Below, piece after piece: positions 45,715 through 55,464 of a stretch of 64,000 nt of DNA. Numbering within the stretch: position 1 is the first letter of the stretch; the number at the start of each line of letters is the position of its first letter. Origin of the DNA: Synergistaceae bacterium (GTDB taxonomy: Bacteria; Synergistota; Synergistia; Synergistales; Synergistaceae); assembly GCA_030533085.1 (NCBI GenBank), contig JAUNJZ010000001.1:24814-88813 (forward strand), written 5' to 3'. Both the position numbers and the translations under genes were made by a program. The notes under the pieces are model-generated. The model was given only the letters and a program-made list of their open reading frames with translations. It did no database searches and was not told where the DNA came from.

Positions 45715-46944
45715 TTAAAAGGCTCTTCTGCCGCCGCGCAGCCTTTCTATCCTTAACTCATCCGCGTGCGACTCGGGCAGAAAGGCCTTCGGCCCACCGG
45801 CCGGCAGAGGGGCTGAGTCGGCGATCTTCGACTCCGAAAGCGGAACTATAATGCTTGCTATGGTGCCCTCATTGTGAGTTGATACGATATTCAGCTGACC
45901 GCCGACGGAGGTCAGCCTTTCACGAATGCTGAAAAGTCCGACGCCGGAAAAGCCGCGGAAATCCTTCCTGTTCTCGATGTTGAAGCCTACGCCGTCGTCC
46001 TCGACGATGATCTGATACTTCTTCGTCCCGCGCCTGACAGTCACCTTGACCTCCGAGGCCTTAGCGTGTTTTACGATATTTACAAAAAGCTCCCTCACCA
46101 TCTGGAAAAGCAGGATGTTCGTGTCTTCGGGAGCTTTGCTTTCTATTCCGGAAACTGAAATTGAGAACTTCACGTTATTTTTCAAAAACATGTCCTCGCC
46201 CAGCGTCTCAAGGGCGGCCTCAAGACCGACCTCATAGAGCAGCGTCGGGCTTATCTCAAAGGTAAAAGAGCGAACGTCCTTTATCAGCTTTTCCATCTCC
46301 GTGATGACTTCATATATCTCGCGCCGCGCAGGGTCCTCGGTGAAGCGCTCATAAAGCCCTCTGATAGACCTCGCCATCGAAACCATCGAATAACCTATCC
46401 TGTCATGAAGCACTGTGGCGATAGAGCGGCGGGTCTTTTCCTCCGCCAATGTCAGCTTTGCCGTAAGATTGCGCAGATCCTCGCGATATTTCAGCAGCAG
46501 CCGCTCCTTCTCCTTCAGCGAATAGGTCAGATGATACCACTCGCTCATATCTTTCAATATCACAGCGAGCTTTCCGGGGCAGGGGACAAAGGCGAAGGTC
46601 TGATAATAAATACCGGGGACGCTTGAGCTGATGCCCTCAAAATAATTGGAGCGCAGCCGCCGCTGTTCCGCCCCGTGCCGCCCCTCACCGGCGCGCGCGA
46701 CTCTAAGCATCAGATTCCAGAAGCCCTTTTCCTTTTCGTTTGCCCAGATCTCTGAATATTTTTTGCCGATGACCTCTTCACGGCGCAGATTATTGGTCTG
46801 TATATATGCCTCGTTGGCGCTTTCCAGAATAAAATCTATCGGATCGCCATTCTTATTTTTCACAATGCGGTAAATCGTCACCTGGTCGAAAACGCTGCTG
46901 AAAATGGCGTCCAGAACGACGTCTCTGCCATTGTCATTCATCAA
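45715..46944 (-). CDS. soluble PAS-domain sensor histidine kinase (HisKA_3/NarX-type)
   Basis: No TM segment. N-terminal PAS-like region. H-box TVLHDRIGYSM. ATPase motifs VKHA, EDDGVGF and GVGLFSIRERL. The start overlaps the response-regulator stop by 11 nt. Confidence 0.85.
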   Translation of the reverse strand: MMNDNGRDVVLDAIFSSVFDQVTIYRIVKNKNGDPIDFILESANEAYIQTNNLRREEVIGKKYSEIWANEKEKGFWNLMLRVARAGEGRHGAEQRRLRSNYFEGISSSVPGIYYQTFAFVPCPGKLAVILKDMSEWYHLTYSLKEKERLLLKYREDLRNLTAKLTLAEEKTRRSIATVLHDRIGYSMVSMARSIRGLYERFTEDPARREIYEVITEMEKLIKDVRSFTFEISPTLLYEVGLEAALETLGEDMFLKNNVKFSISVSGIESKAPEDTNILLFQMVRELFVNIVKHAKASEVKVTVRRGTKKYQIIVEDDGVGFNIENRKDFRGFSGVGLFSIRERLTSVGGQLNIVSTHNEGTIASIIVPLSESKIADSAPLPAGGPKAFLPESHADELRIERLRGGRRAF

Positions 46945-47593
46945 GATTCACCGCGCCTTCCCTTATCGCGAAACGCATCAGATCCGCAAGACTTTCGCAG
47001 CCGAGCTTCTGCATAAGATTCCTGCGGTGCGAATCGACGGTGTTGCGGCTTATGCAGAGCTTGCTGCATATCGCCTTCGTATCCATCCCCTCAGATATCA
47101 GCGCGAGAACCTCTTTTTCCCGCGTTGAAAGCTCGCTCAGATGAGAGCCGTCCGAAACCGGCACGTTGAGCTTTCTTATATAATCGCGAACAATGAGCGT
47201 AGCTACGTCGAGACTCAGATATACGAAGCCCGCCGTCACCGCTCTGGCGGCGTCCGTCACCTCTCTGGAATCCGCGTCTTTCAATATATATCCGTCCGCG
47301 CCGGCTCTCAGCGCTTCAATGATCATCCTCCGGTGCAGATGCATCGTGAGAATGAGCACCTTTGTGTCCTCCAGCTCCCGCTTTATGATTTTTGTGACCT
47401 CGATGCCGTTCATATCGGGCATCGTTATATCAAGGATTACGAGATCCGGCCGCGCGCTCCTTATCACCTCCAGCGCGCTTTCGGCGTTGCAGGCGCGCCC
47501 AACGATATCGAAATCATCGACAGAGGCCAGTATCCCCTCCATCCCCTCCAGAAAAAGCTTATGATCGTCCACGATTACGATTTTCTTTTTCAA
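46934..47593 (-). CDS. NarL/LuxR-family response regulator
   Basis: Receiver domain IVIVDDHKLF...DLVILDITMPDMNG. LuxR HTH LSTREKEVLALISEGMDTKAICSKLCISRNTVDSHRRNLMQKLG. Confidence 0.9.
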   Translation of the reverse strand: MKKKIVIVDDHKLFLEGMEGILASVDDFDIVGRACNAESALEVIRSARPDLVILDITMPDMNGIEVTKIIKRELEDTKVLILTMHLHRRMIIEALRAGADGYILKDADSREVTDAARAVTAGFVYLSLDVATLIVRDYIRKLNVPVSDGSHLSELSTREKEVLALISEGMDTKAICSKLCISRNTVDSHRRNLMQKLGCESLADLMRFAIREGAVNLDE

Positions 47594-47874
47594 AACAGAC
47601 TCCCCCTCGATATGCCCACTACTGTCCGCCGCGCGCCCACCCGCATGATTTTCTGAAACGCCGTTTCGTTAAAAGAATATTTTTCTTTTATTATGATAAC
47701 ATAAAAAAGAAAAAAATATCCATAGTCATCCTTCCGTCTTTCCTTCGGAAAAAGAGCCCTTTCCTGCCTCTTTGTTTTGCGCTGTTCATCTTTTATAATA
47801 TATCCATTAAATATTTCGATTGACCTTTCGGCGGCTGTTGCGGCGGGGTCTTTTCGCGGGGGAGAGTGAGCGGC

Positions 47875-48768
47875 ATGGAGCTGAAAAATATTAACGCCTT
47901 TCTTCGTGTGGCGGAGCTGAACAATTTTACAAAGGCGGCGGCGGAGCTGGGCTATTCGCAGTCCTCTGTCACCGTTCAGATACAGCAGCTTGAAAAGGAG
48001 CTGGGCTTCGCGCTCTTTGACCGTATTGGGAAAAGCGTCTCTCTTACTCCGATGGGGGAAATATTTATCGGCTACGCAAATGAATTTCTCCGCCTTGAAT
48101 CAAAGACGAAGGCGCTGAAAGAAAACGCCGGCGTCGTCTCCGGCACGCTTCGCCTCGGGGTGCTGGAATCGCTCTTCGTTTGGAAGGTCGCCGACCTTCT
48201 GCCGCAGTTCCACAGCAAATATCCGGCTGTGAAGATCGAGATAAAATCGGCGACAGGCGCCGCCCTTTACAGAATGCTTCGGCAAAACGAGCTTGATATA
48301 ATCTACCTGCTGGACTACGTAATTTATCACAGGGACTGCGTGCGCGCCTGCACCTCTCCCGTGAGTCTGAAATTCGTCGCCGCCGCCGGCAGCGAGCTTA
48401 GCGGCAGGAAGGATATACCTCTGGCGGAGATAATGAAAGAGCCTCTGATACTCACAGAGCGCGACGCCATATACAGGAGGGAGCTGGATCAGGAGGCGGC
48501 GCGGAATGATATTGAGCTGGAGCCTTTTCTTGAGGTCGATAATCTTGAAGTCGTGCTCCGCCTTCTAAAAAAGCAGATGGGGGTATCCTTCCTTCCCGAC
48601 TATGTCCTTCACGAGAGCGTCAACAGCGGCGAGCTGGCGCTGCTCGACGTCAGATACAATGTGATAAATCTGTGGAGTCAGCTCGTCTACCATAAGAATA
48701 AGTTCATCACTCCGCAGATGCAGGCCTTTATTCAGCTTATACGGGAATCCTCCTCTTCGATATCATGA
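47875..48768 (+). CDS. LysR-family transcriptional regulator
   Basis: MELKNINAFLRVAELNNFTKAAAELGYSQSSVTVQIQQLEKELG, followed by an LTTR substrate-binding domain. Confidence 0.9.
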   Translation: MELKNINAFLRVAELNNFTKAAAELGYSQSSVTVQIQQLEKELGFALFDRIGKSVSLTPMGEIFIGYANEFLRLESKTKALKENAGVVSGTLRLGVLESLFVWKVADLLPQFHSKYPAVKIEIKSATGAALYRMLRQNELDIIYLLDYVIYHRDCVRACTSPVSLKFVAAAGSELSGRKDIPLAEIMKEPLILTERDAIYRRELDQEAARNDIELEPFLEVDNLEVVLRLLKKQMGVSFLPDYVLHESVNSGELALLDVRYNVINLWSQLVYHKNKFITPQMQAFIQLIRESSSSIS

Positions 48769-49055
48769 CGGCGGGAAAAGAAAAAACAGCGGCTTTGTCA
48801 GCGCCGGTCGAAGCGTAAGCCTCTGCCGCTAAAACATAGTTTCACAGACATAACAATAGAATATTTTTCTCCGTTTTTAATAAAAAGAGATTTACATTCT
48901 TCATTCAATACTGTATAATCGCGGATATCGAATGCAGTTCGTTGCCCTTTCTGATACTCCCGGCAAGAAAAATAACCGGGATACAGTCTCACTGTGTCAG
49001 ATCGGCGGACTGCAGGCGGCCGTCGTATAAAATTTTTTTGGGGGGATGTTTGCTT

Positions 49056-50525
49056 ATGTCGGATTTTGCGGTGAAGATTACGGTTTTGATTTTGTACGCC
49101 GGAGCGCTGATTGGCTACGGCATTTACGAGGGGAGGAAGACGAAGAGCGCGGCGGATTTCAATCTTGGCGGCCGTTCCGTGCCGGGATGGGTCGCGGGGC
49201 TTTCGGAGCGCGCTTCCGCAGAGTCGGCCTGGACGCTGGTAGGGCTTCCGGGCTATGCCTTTGTCTCCGGCGTGGTATCCTTCTGGGTGGCGCTGGGGCT
49301 GCTGATAGGAAATATTATGGCCTGGACGGTCATCGCTAAGAGGATGAGGGAAGAGGCTGAAAAATATGACGCTCAGACTTATGTCGACTGGATCGTAAAA
49401 CGGCACAGCGGCAGCAAGGCCGTTACCGCGATTCGCGTGCTGGGCAGCTTCATCATAATTTTCCTCTTCGCCTTCTATATCGACGCGCAGGTCATCGGAG
49501 GCAGCAAAACGCTGCACAGCCTCTTCGGCCTCTCCGAGACCGTCGGCATAATTCTTACCATCGCGGTCATTCTTCCATATGCGGTCTACGGAGGATATCA
49601 GAGCGTGGTATATGCGGACTGCATTCAATCGCTGCTGATGATAGGCGCGCTGGTCATCGCTCCGGCTTACGGCGTTTATTATGTATCGCAGGCGGACTGG
49701 GTCTGGCAGAAATCCGTCTTTGACGCAGTGCGCCTCGCCAGCCCGACGCATCTGAGCTGGACTGGAGGGCTGTCGGGAATCGCCGCCGGCTTCATGATCG
49801 CGAACAATATCGCCTGGGTCATCGCCTATCTTGGCGGCATGCCTCACCTCACGACGCGCTTTATGTCGATGAAGGACGAGGCGAACTGGAAGATAGGACG
49901 CAACGTCGCCATAACGTGGACGCTCTTCGGCTATATCGGAAGTATCCTGATAGGCTTTGTCGGCCTCGCTATGTGGGGGCCGGGCGGCCTCTCCGACCCG
50001 GAGCAGGTCATGCCTCTTGTGATGCTGAAAATATTTCCCCCTGTGATAGCGGCGGTATTCATAACGAGCGCTATCGCGGCGATGCTGTCAACGGCGGACT
50101 CGATGCTTATAGTGACCTCTTCCGAATTTACGGAAAATATACTGAAGCCGATCATACTGAAAGACAGGCCGCTTTCGGATAAGCAGGCGCTTTTTATCTC
50201 GCGCTGCACGATGATGGTCGTCGGTCTCAGCGCTCTTGCGCTTGCCTTCGTGCTTCCGTCGAAGGTGGTTTACAGCATCGTCTCATTTGCCTGGGCCGCG
50301 CTTGGCAATCCCTTTGCCGTCGTAACCTGCGCGAGCATCTTCTGGCGGAAATACACCGGCACGGCGGCGCTGTGGACGATGATAGTGGGTTTTGTGGGGA
50401 CGATAGCCTGGCAGCTTTCGCCGCTGAACGATTATATAGACGCGCGGCTTGCCGGCCTTTTCCCCGCTATATTTACCGCGTGGCTCGTCACACAGATGAG
50501 CTGTAAAAGCGAAGGACGCGCCTGA
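49056..50525 (+). CDS. sodium:solute symporter (SSS) family, PutP-like
   Basis: KSAADFNLGGRSVPGWVAGLSERASAESAWTLVGLPGYAF is typical of SSS/PutP. About 13 TM segments. GGGGGA lies upstream of ATG 49056. Confidence 0.85.
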   Translation: MSDFAVKITVLILYAGALIGYGIYEGRKTKSAADFNLGGRSVPGWVAGLSERASAESAWTLVGLPGYAFVSGVVSFWVALGLLIGNIMAWTVIAKRMREEAEKYDAQTYVDWIVKRHSGSKAVTAIRVLGSFIIIFLFAFYIDAQVIGGSKTLHSLFGLSETVGIILTIAVILPYAVYGGYQSVVYADCIQSLLMIGALVIAPAYGVYYVSQADWVWQKSVFDAVRLASPTHLSWTGGLSGIAAGFMIANNIAWVIAYLGGMPHLTTRFMSMKDEANWKIGRNVAITWTLFGYIGSILIGFVGLAMWGPGGLSDPEQVMPLVMLKIFPPVIAAVFITSAIAAMLSTADSMLIVTSSEFTENILKPIILKDRPLSDKQALFISRCTMMVVGLSALALAFVLPSKVVYSIVSFAWAALGNPFAVVTCASIFWRKYTGTAALWTMIVGFVGTIAWQLSPLNDYIDARLAGLFPAIFTAWLVTQMSCKSEGRA

Positions 50526-50532
50526 TGGCACT

Positions 50533-50562
50533 GGGGGAGCTTCATGGCGGCTCCCCCTTTTT
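50533..50562 (+). terminator. intrinsic terminator of the SSS gene
   Basis: GGGGGAGC-ttcatggcg-GCTCCCCC followed by TTTTT. Confidence 0.7.
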
Positions 50563-50626
50563 ACCGCTATTCATCGGCGCATAGCTTTTTCAGTGTCATT
50601 CGGTAAAAGTCCTCTCGCAAATGGAA

Positions 50627-50657
50627 AGGCCCGAAAGCGGGGGACGATTTCGGGCCT
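50627..50657 (-). terminator. hairpin downstream of small ORF A
   Basis: AGGCCCGAAA-(11 nt)-TTTCGGGCCT, a 10-bp stem. Confidence 0.45.
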
Positions 50658-50705
50658 TCTCTGAGGGATATGCGGCTTTCTTTCCCTGACGCGGAGGGAG
50701 GGGAT

Positions 50706-50864
50706 TTAGGCGGCCTCTCTCCAGTCGTCGTTCAGAGAAATTATATTGTCGTCTTCCGTGGAGGGTGCGAATTTTCCAAGCAGCAGAAGAATAACCAATC
50801 CAACAGAGTACGCCGCGCCGATGATGAAGATGCACTGGAAGATATTTTTTACGATTGATTCCAT
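50706..50864 (-). CDS. small single-pass membrane protein A (52 aa, not in ORF track)
   Basis: Manual translation: MESIVKNIFQCIFIIGAAYSVGLVILLLLGKFAPSTEDDNIISLNDDWREAA. AAGGAGG lies 7 nt upstream. Paralog of ORF B. Confidence 0.55.
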   Translation of the reverse strand: MESIVKNIFQCIFIIGAAYSVGLVILLLLGKFAPSTEDDNIISLNDDWREAA

Positions 50865-51033
50865 AACCGACACCTCCTTGAAATTTTTGTTTCCTGTCTC
50901 CTTTTTTCTTTATAATAAGGATATAGGGTGGGAGGCGGTTTGTAAAACAAGCGTTTATTATTCTGACATAAGCAGCGGTTATTGATAAAAAGGGCAAGCG
51001 GCGGCGCGCCTGCCATTCTGACCTTATACGCAA

Positions 51034-51066
51034 CAGACCTTCGGATTGGGCGAATCCGAAGGTCTG
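51034..51066 (-). terminator. hairpin downstream of small ORF B
   Basis: Perfect 14-bp stem CAGACCTTCGGATT-gggcg-AATCCGAAGGTCTG. Confidence 0.5.
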
Positions 51067-51126
51067 CGAGGGAGAGATATATTCTTGGGAATTACAAGAC
51101 TTCTTTTGTTGCTTTTGAGTGAAGCG

Positions 51127-51279
51127 CTAAGCGGCTTTCTTGTGCCCTTCGTGCATACTGATGACGGGCTTCTCCTCGACGACGGGGCGAAAGCTCTTCA
51201 GCGCCAGAAAAACCACCAGGCCGACCGCGTATGCCGCTCCGACTATGAGCAGGGTAGAGAGTATGTTATCTATTGTCAT
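51127..51279 (-). CDS. small single-pass membrane protein B (50 aa)
   Basis: MTIDNILSTLLIVGAAYAVGLVVFLALKSFRPVVEEKPVISMHEGHKKAA. AGGAGG lies 8 nt upstream of ATG 51279. The longer ORF-track version (89 aa) has no RBS. Confidence 0.6.
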   Translation of the reverse strand: MTIDNILSTLLIVGAAYAVGLVVFLALKSFRPVVEEKPVISMHEGHKKAA

Positions 51280-51424
51280 GACCGTTACCTCCTGAAAAAT
51301 TTTATTTTTTATATCCGGTGTTGCTCTCTGTTTCCTTAATATAAGGATATATCTCCGATAGACTTTTGTAAAACAAGGATTTATTATCTTAAACATAAGT
51401 ATGAGTTATCGATAAAAGGAGGAA

Positions 51425-52312
51425 TTGCTGATGGAAGCCGTAAACTGCCGCGTCCTGCTGGAGATAGCGAAGAACGGGAATATCACGAAGACGGCGCAGA
51501 CGCTTGGTTATACGCAGGCCGGGGTAAGCTTTATGATAAAAAAGCTTGAGGAGGAGTGCGGCTTCCCTCTGCTCTTCCGCGAGAAGAAGGGCGTCCGCCT
51601 TACGCCGGAAGGGCTGAAGCTGCTGCCGATAATACGCGAGATAGCGAACTGGCACGAGCTTTTTGAACAGGCCGTCGCGGAGATAAAGGGGGCGAATACC
51701 GGCACGGTCCGCATCGGCTGTTATCTGAGCGTCGCGGAATACTGGCTGCCCTCTATCATCGGCGCCTTCGGCAGGGACTATCCCGAGATAGAGGTGGAGG
51801 TCATAGAGGGAGGAACGTCGGACATAGAGCAGTGGATAAAGGACAGGGATGTCGACGTAGGCTTTCTCAGCGCGCGGAGCGGGCAGGATTTCCGCGTCAT
51901 ACCGCTGAGAGAGGAGCCCATGCTCGCGCTGATGCCTAAAGATCACCCCCTTGCGGAGGCGGAAAAGTTTCCGCTCTCGGCCTTCGGCGACAATCCCTTT
52001 ATTCTCTCGCGCTGCGACTACGACAGCGACTCGCACAGCATCGTCGAAGCCTATAAGAGCAAATTTCACCGCCTGCCAAAGATAAAGATATCCTCCGCCA
52101 GCGCCTACGCGACCATCGCGATGGTAGCGAACGGACTGGGCGTCAGCGTGCTCGCGGAGACGATGCTGAAGGGACGCCACGAGGAAATAGCGGTGAAGGA
52201 GATATCGCCCTCCTTCTCAAGAACGGTTATAATGGGAGTCCACCCGCAGCGCGAGCTTTCCCCGGCCGCCGCGATATTTCTGGAATATGCGAAGCGCGTT
52301 ATAATGAAATAG
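51425..52312 (+). CDS. LysR-family transcriptional regulator, divergent from small ORF B
   Basis: LLEIAKNGNITKTAQTLGYTQAGVSFMIKKLEEECG, followed by an LTTR effector domain. The start is TTG 51425 or ATG 51431. Confidence 0.9.
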   Translation: MLMEAVNCRVLLEIAKNGNITKTAQTLGYTQAGVSFMIKKLEEECGFPLLFREKKGVRLTPEGLKLLPIIREIANWHELFEQAVAEIKGANTGTVRIGCYLSVAEYWLPSIIGAFGRDYPEIEVEVIEGGTSDIEQWIKDRDVDVGFLSARSGQDFRVIPLREEPMLALMPKDHPLAEAEKFPLSAFGDNPFILSRCDYDSDSHSIVEAYKSKFHRLPKIKISSASAYATIAMVANGLGVSVLAETMLKGRHEEIAVKEISPSFSRTVIMGVHPQRELSPAAAIFLEYAKRVIMK

Positions 52313-52392
52313 TGCCGCGGCTCCGAAAGCGCGGCACGCTGAGGATAAAGTAAAGCGCGATTTCCGGCGGCAATAGGGCGGGGAGGCGCCGG

Positions 52393-53502
52393 CTAAGCGT
52401 CGGGCAGCAGAGCCCCGCGCTCAGGGGGAAGCGGAACGACGATACTCACCGTAGTTCCATGCTCCGGCTCTGAAAGTATATTCATACTGCCGCCAAAGGA
52501 ATGCAGCCTCTCTTTTATGCTGAAAAGACCGATGCCGGAGCTTTGACGCTTTTTGTTTTTTGTGAAGCCGCGGCCGTCGTCCTCCACAACGATTTGAACC
52601 TTCTTCCCGCCCCAGCGGATTTTTACGAAAACATTCGCCGCCGTCGCATGCTTTACGACGTTGACCAGCAGCTCGTGTATCATCTGGTATAGAATGATTT
52701 TCGTATTTTCGTCAAGAGGCGGCTCCTTCCCCTCGCATCTGAAAACGCAGTTCAGCCCCTGCTGTGATTTCAGATGGTCGCATCTCGCCTCGACGGCGGC
52801 CTCAAGGCCGACCTCATATAGGGAGGGAGGGCTTATGTCAAAGGTAAAAGAGCGAACCTCCTGGATAAGCTTTTCCATCTCATCAATCGTGCGCTGCACT
52901 TCTTCCTTGCCGGCAGGGTCGTTCTGTCGCTCCTCAAGCCCTCGGAGGGTATGAAGCATCGAGACCATGGAATAACCTATCCTGTCATGCAGCGTATTTG
53001 CTATCTGCCTGCGCGTCTTCTCCTCGGCAAGAACCAGCTTCGACGTCAGATTTCTCAAAAGCCGCTCTTTTTTCTTTAAGGTAAGGGCGACCTTATGCCA
53101 TTCCTCCATATCGCGGAATATAAGCACTACCCAGCCGGGAATGGGAGAAAAGGTGAAGAGCTGGTAGAAGCCGGGGGCGACGCTGCTTTCGCCCTCAAAA
53201 AAGCCGGTCCTTTCGCGCGGCGAGCCGGCCTCCTGTTCCCTGGTGCTGCCGGTCTCGGCCACCCGTATCATCATGCCTACCCAGTCCTCCCTGTCGCCCG
53301 CCCATATTGAACTGTACATGCGGCCGACAAGCTCCTCGCGCTTCATTCCGTTGATTCTTTCGTAGGCCTCGTTTACCTTTACGTAAACCAGATCTTTATG
53401 CTTCCCGTCCTCGCTCTCAACGATACGGCAAATCGCGACGGGGTCGACTATACTCTGATAGATGGCGTCAAGCACGAGCCTCTGTTCTTCGCTACTCATC
53501 AA
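52393..53502 (-). CDS. soluble PAS-domain sensor histidine kinase, paralog of 45715..46944
   Basis: Co-linear with HK1 (LVLDAIYQSIVD..., EKTRRQIANTLHDRIGYSMVSM, EDDGRGF, GIGLFSIKERL). Has the same 11-nt overlap with its response regulator. Confidence 0.85.
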   Translation of the reverse strand: MMSSEEQRLVLDAIYQSIVDPVAICRIVESEDGKHKDLVYVKVNEAYERINGMKREELVGRMYSSIWAGDREDWVGMMIRVAETGSTREQEAGSPRERTGFFEGESSVAPGFYQLFTFSPIPGWVVLIFRDMEEWHKVALTLKKKERLLRNLTSKLVLAEEKTRRQIANTLHDRIGYSMVSMLHTLRGLEERQNDPAGKEEVQRTIDEMEKLIQEVRSFTFDISPPSLYEVGLEAAVEARCDHLKSQQGLNCVFRCEGKEPPLDENTKIILYQMIHELLVNVVKHATAANVFVKIRWGGKKVQIVVEDDGRGFTKNKKRQSSGIGLFSIKERLHSFGGSMNILSEPEHGTTVSIVVPLPPERGALLPDA

Positions 53503-54148
53503 TATTTACCCATCCTTCCCTCATCGCGAAGCGGGTCAGCTCGTTCAGATTCTCGCATTCCAGCTTCAGCATCAGATTTCTTCTGTGTACGTCCACAGTG
53601 CTCCTGCTTATGCAGAGCTTCTCGCTGATAAACTTTGCGTTTCTTCCCTCCGATATCAGAGAAAGCACCTCGCGCTCTCTTGCCGATAAGATATTCAGCT
53701 TCTCCGGCGAATCCGTGATGCTCAGCTTCTGGATATAGTCCTTTATAAGCAGAGAAGTTACCTTGGGGCTGAGATATATCTCTCCTGACATCACGATACG
53801 CACGGCGAGAATCAGCTCATCCGGCTCCGATTCCTTCAGGGCGTAGCCGTCCGCCCCCGCTTTCAACACTTCCAGTATCATCCTGCGGTCAAGATGCATT
53901 GAAAGTATGAGAATCTTTATCGCGGGAAACTCTTTCTTTATCGTTTTCGTTACGTCGATACCGTTCACCTCGGGCATAGTGATATCGACGACGGCGATGT
54001 CGGGGCGCAGCTTCCGTATTTTCTCGATTGCCTCGCGCCCGTTGCTCGCCTTCGCTATAACCTCTGTTTCGTCGGAAGAGCTTAAAAACTTCTCCATCCC
54101 TTCGAGAAACAGTTTGTGATCATCAGCTATGACAATTCTGCTTTTCAT
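53492..54148 (-). CDS. NarL/LuxR-family response regulator, paralog of 46934..47593
   Basis: IVIADDHKLFLEGM...DIAVVDITMPEVNG and LSAREREVLSLISEGRNAKFISEKLCISRSTVDVHRRNLMLKL. Probable start is Met20 of the ORF. Confidence 0.9.
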   Translation of the reverse strand: MKSRIVIADDHKLFLEGMEKFLSSSDETEVIAKASNGREAIEKIRKLRPDIAVVDITMPEVNGIDVTKTIKKEFPAIKILILSMHLDRRMILEVLKAGADGYALKESEPDELILAVRIVMSGEIYLSPKVTSLLIKDYIQKLSITDSPEKLNILSAREREVLSLISEGRNAKFISEKLCISRSTVDVHRRNLMLKLECENLNELTRFAMREGWVNIDE

Positions 54149-54443
54149 TTCCGCATCACTCTTCCGCCCTCCCTGAACTCGACGCCGCTCCGGCGCGCAT
54201 TTCAATGAATGTATTATATATTAAGCGCCGCAATGACACTATCATTTATTCAGACAAAAATATTTTATAAGATTATTATTTTTCTTATATATCGAATAAA
54301 GAATAATCTTATCCAAGAATTAAGATTCAGGCACGTCGCTTTAAGATTTTTAATAATTATCAAAATTGCGTTCGCCTTTTATACTTTATTTAAGCTTCGC
54401 GGAGAAATATAAAACAAATCAAATAAACGGGAGAGTGTTCAGT

Positions 54444-55376
54444 ATGCGCAAATTGAAACTTGGTATCCACACCTATACCCTTCACATCAACGGCCTTGGA
54501 CAGAACTGGGGATTTAAGGGAGAGTATTTCCCCAAAAAGATCACCCTGATGCAGCTGATGGATCTGGCGGTCGAGTGGGGACTTGACGGACTTCACATCA
54601 CAGGCTGCGACCTGGAGACGAAGGACGACGCCCGCCTTGAAGAGGTGGCGAAGGCGGCGAAGGAGCGCGGCCTCTATCTGGAATATAACTTCTCCGTTGA
54701 CGAAGAGTTTGACCCGAGGCTGAACGACACATTTGAAAACGCGGCCTACATCGCGCACAAGCTGGGCGCGGAGATCGCGAAGGTCAGCCTCGATATCAGG
54801 AGAGAAAGCCCCATCGTCGGCAGCAGCATGTGCCCGCACGTCATGAGGCAGCTTATAAAAATTCGCGACGATATAGTCGCGGCGCTGCCGACCATCGAGA
54901 AATACGGCATTACCTTCGCCCTTGAAAACCACACGGAAATATTCATCGACGAACTGCTCTGGCTGGTAAATCAGGTGAATCATCCGCTCGTCAGGGTCTG
55001 CCTCGATACGATAAATTCCCTCGACGTCTGCGAATCTCTGGACGACGCGGTGAACAGGCTGGCGCCCTATGCGGTATGCGTGCACTTCTGCGATAATAAG
55101 ATAGTCCGCGACCATCACGGCTTCCATTTCATAGGCGTGGCTCTGGGCGAGGGAGACGTGGACTGTCAGGGATATATAGACAAGATCCGTAAGTATTCGC
55201 CGACCGACAGAATAAACTTCGAGGTAGAGTGGGATCTTGGAGACGACAGCCTTGAAGTAGCTCAGGAAAAAGAGGTCGAAGCCTGTATAAAAAGCATCAA
55301 ATATCTGCGCGACGTTTTGAAAATTGGAAGAGAAGACGAAATTCCGGGAATCTACGCGACGGAAATTCTGAACTGA
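54444..55376 (+). CDS. xylose-isomerase-like TIM-barrel protein (sugar phosphate isomerase/epimerase family)
   Basis: MRKLKLGIHTYTL...GLDGLHI...ITFALENHTE...VCVHFCD, the pattern of AP_endonuc_2-fold enzymes. Confidence 0.7.
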   Translation: MRKLKLGIHTYTLHINGLGQNWGFKGEYFPKKITLMQLMDLAVEWGLDGLHITGCDLETKDDARLEEVAKAAKERGLYLEYNFSVDEEFDPRLNDTFENAAYIAHKLGAEIAKVSLDIRRESPIVGSSMCPHVMRQLIKIRDDIVAALPTIEKYGITFALENHTEIFIDELLWLVNQVNHPLVRVCLDTINSLDVCESLDDAVNRLAPYAVCVHFCDNKIVRDHHGFHFIGVALGEGDVDCQGYIDKIRKYSPTDRINFEVEWDLGDDSLEVAQEKEVEACIKSIKYLRDVLKIGREDEIPGIYATEILN

Positions 55377-55464
55377 CAGTATCGTACTGAAATCTTTACC
55401 GCCGGGAGGAAAACCTCCTCCCGGTTTCCAAATTACAGATATTCATTTGAGGGAGTGAATTTAC

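Noticed and set aside
48798-49847. 349-aa ORF on the minus strand
   Set aside because: It lies antisense to the SSS symporter gene, which has clear family motifs. The product is Arg/Pro-rich. The same applies to 51389..52180(-), 54390..55127(-), 55618..56346(-), 62249..63001(+) and 43090..43551(+).
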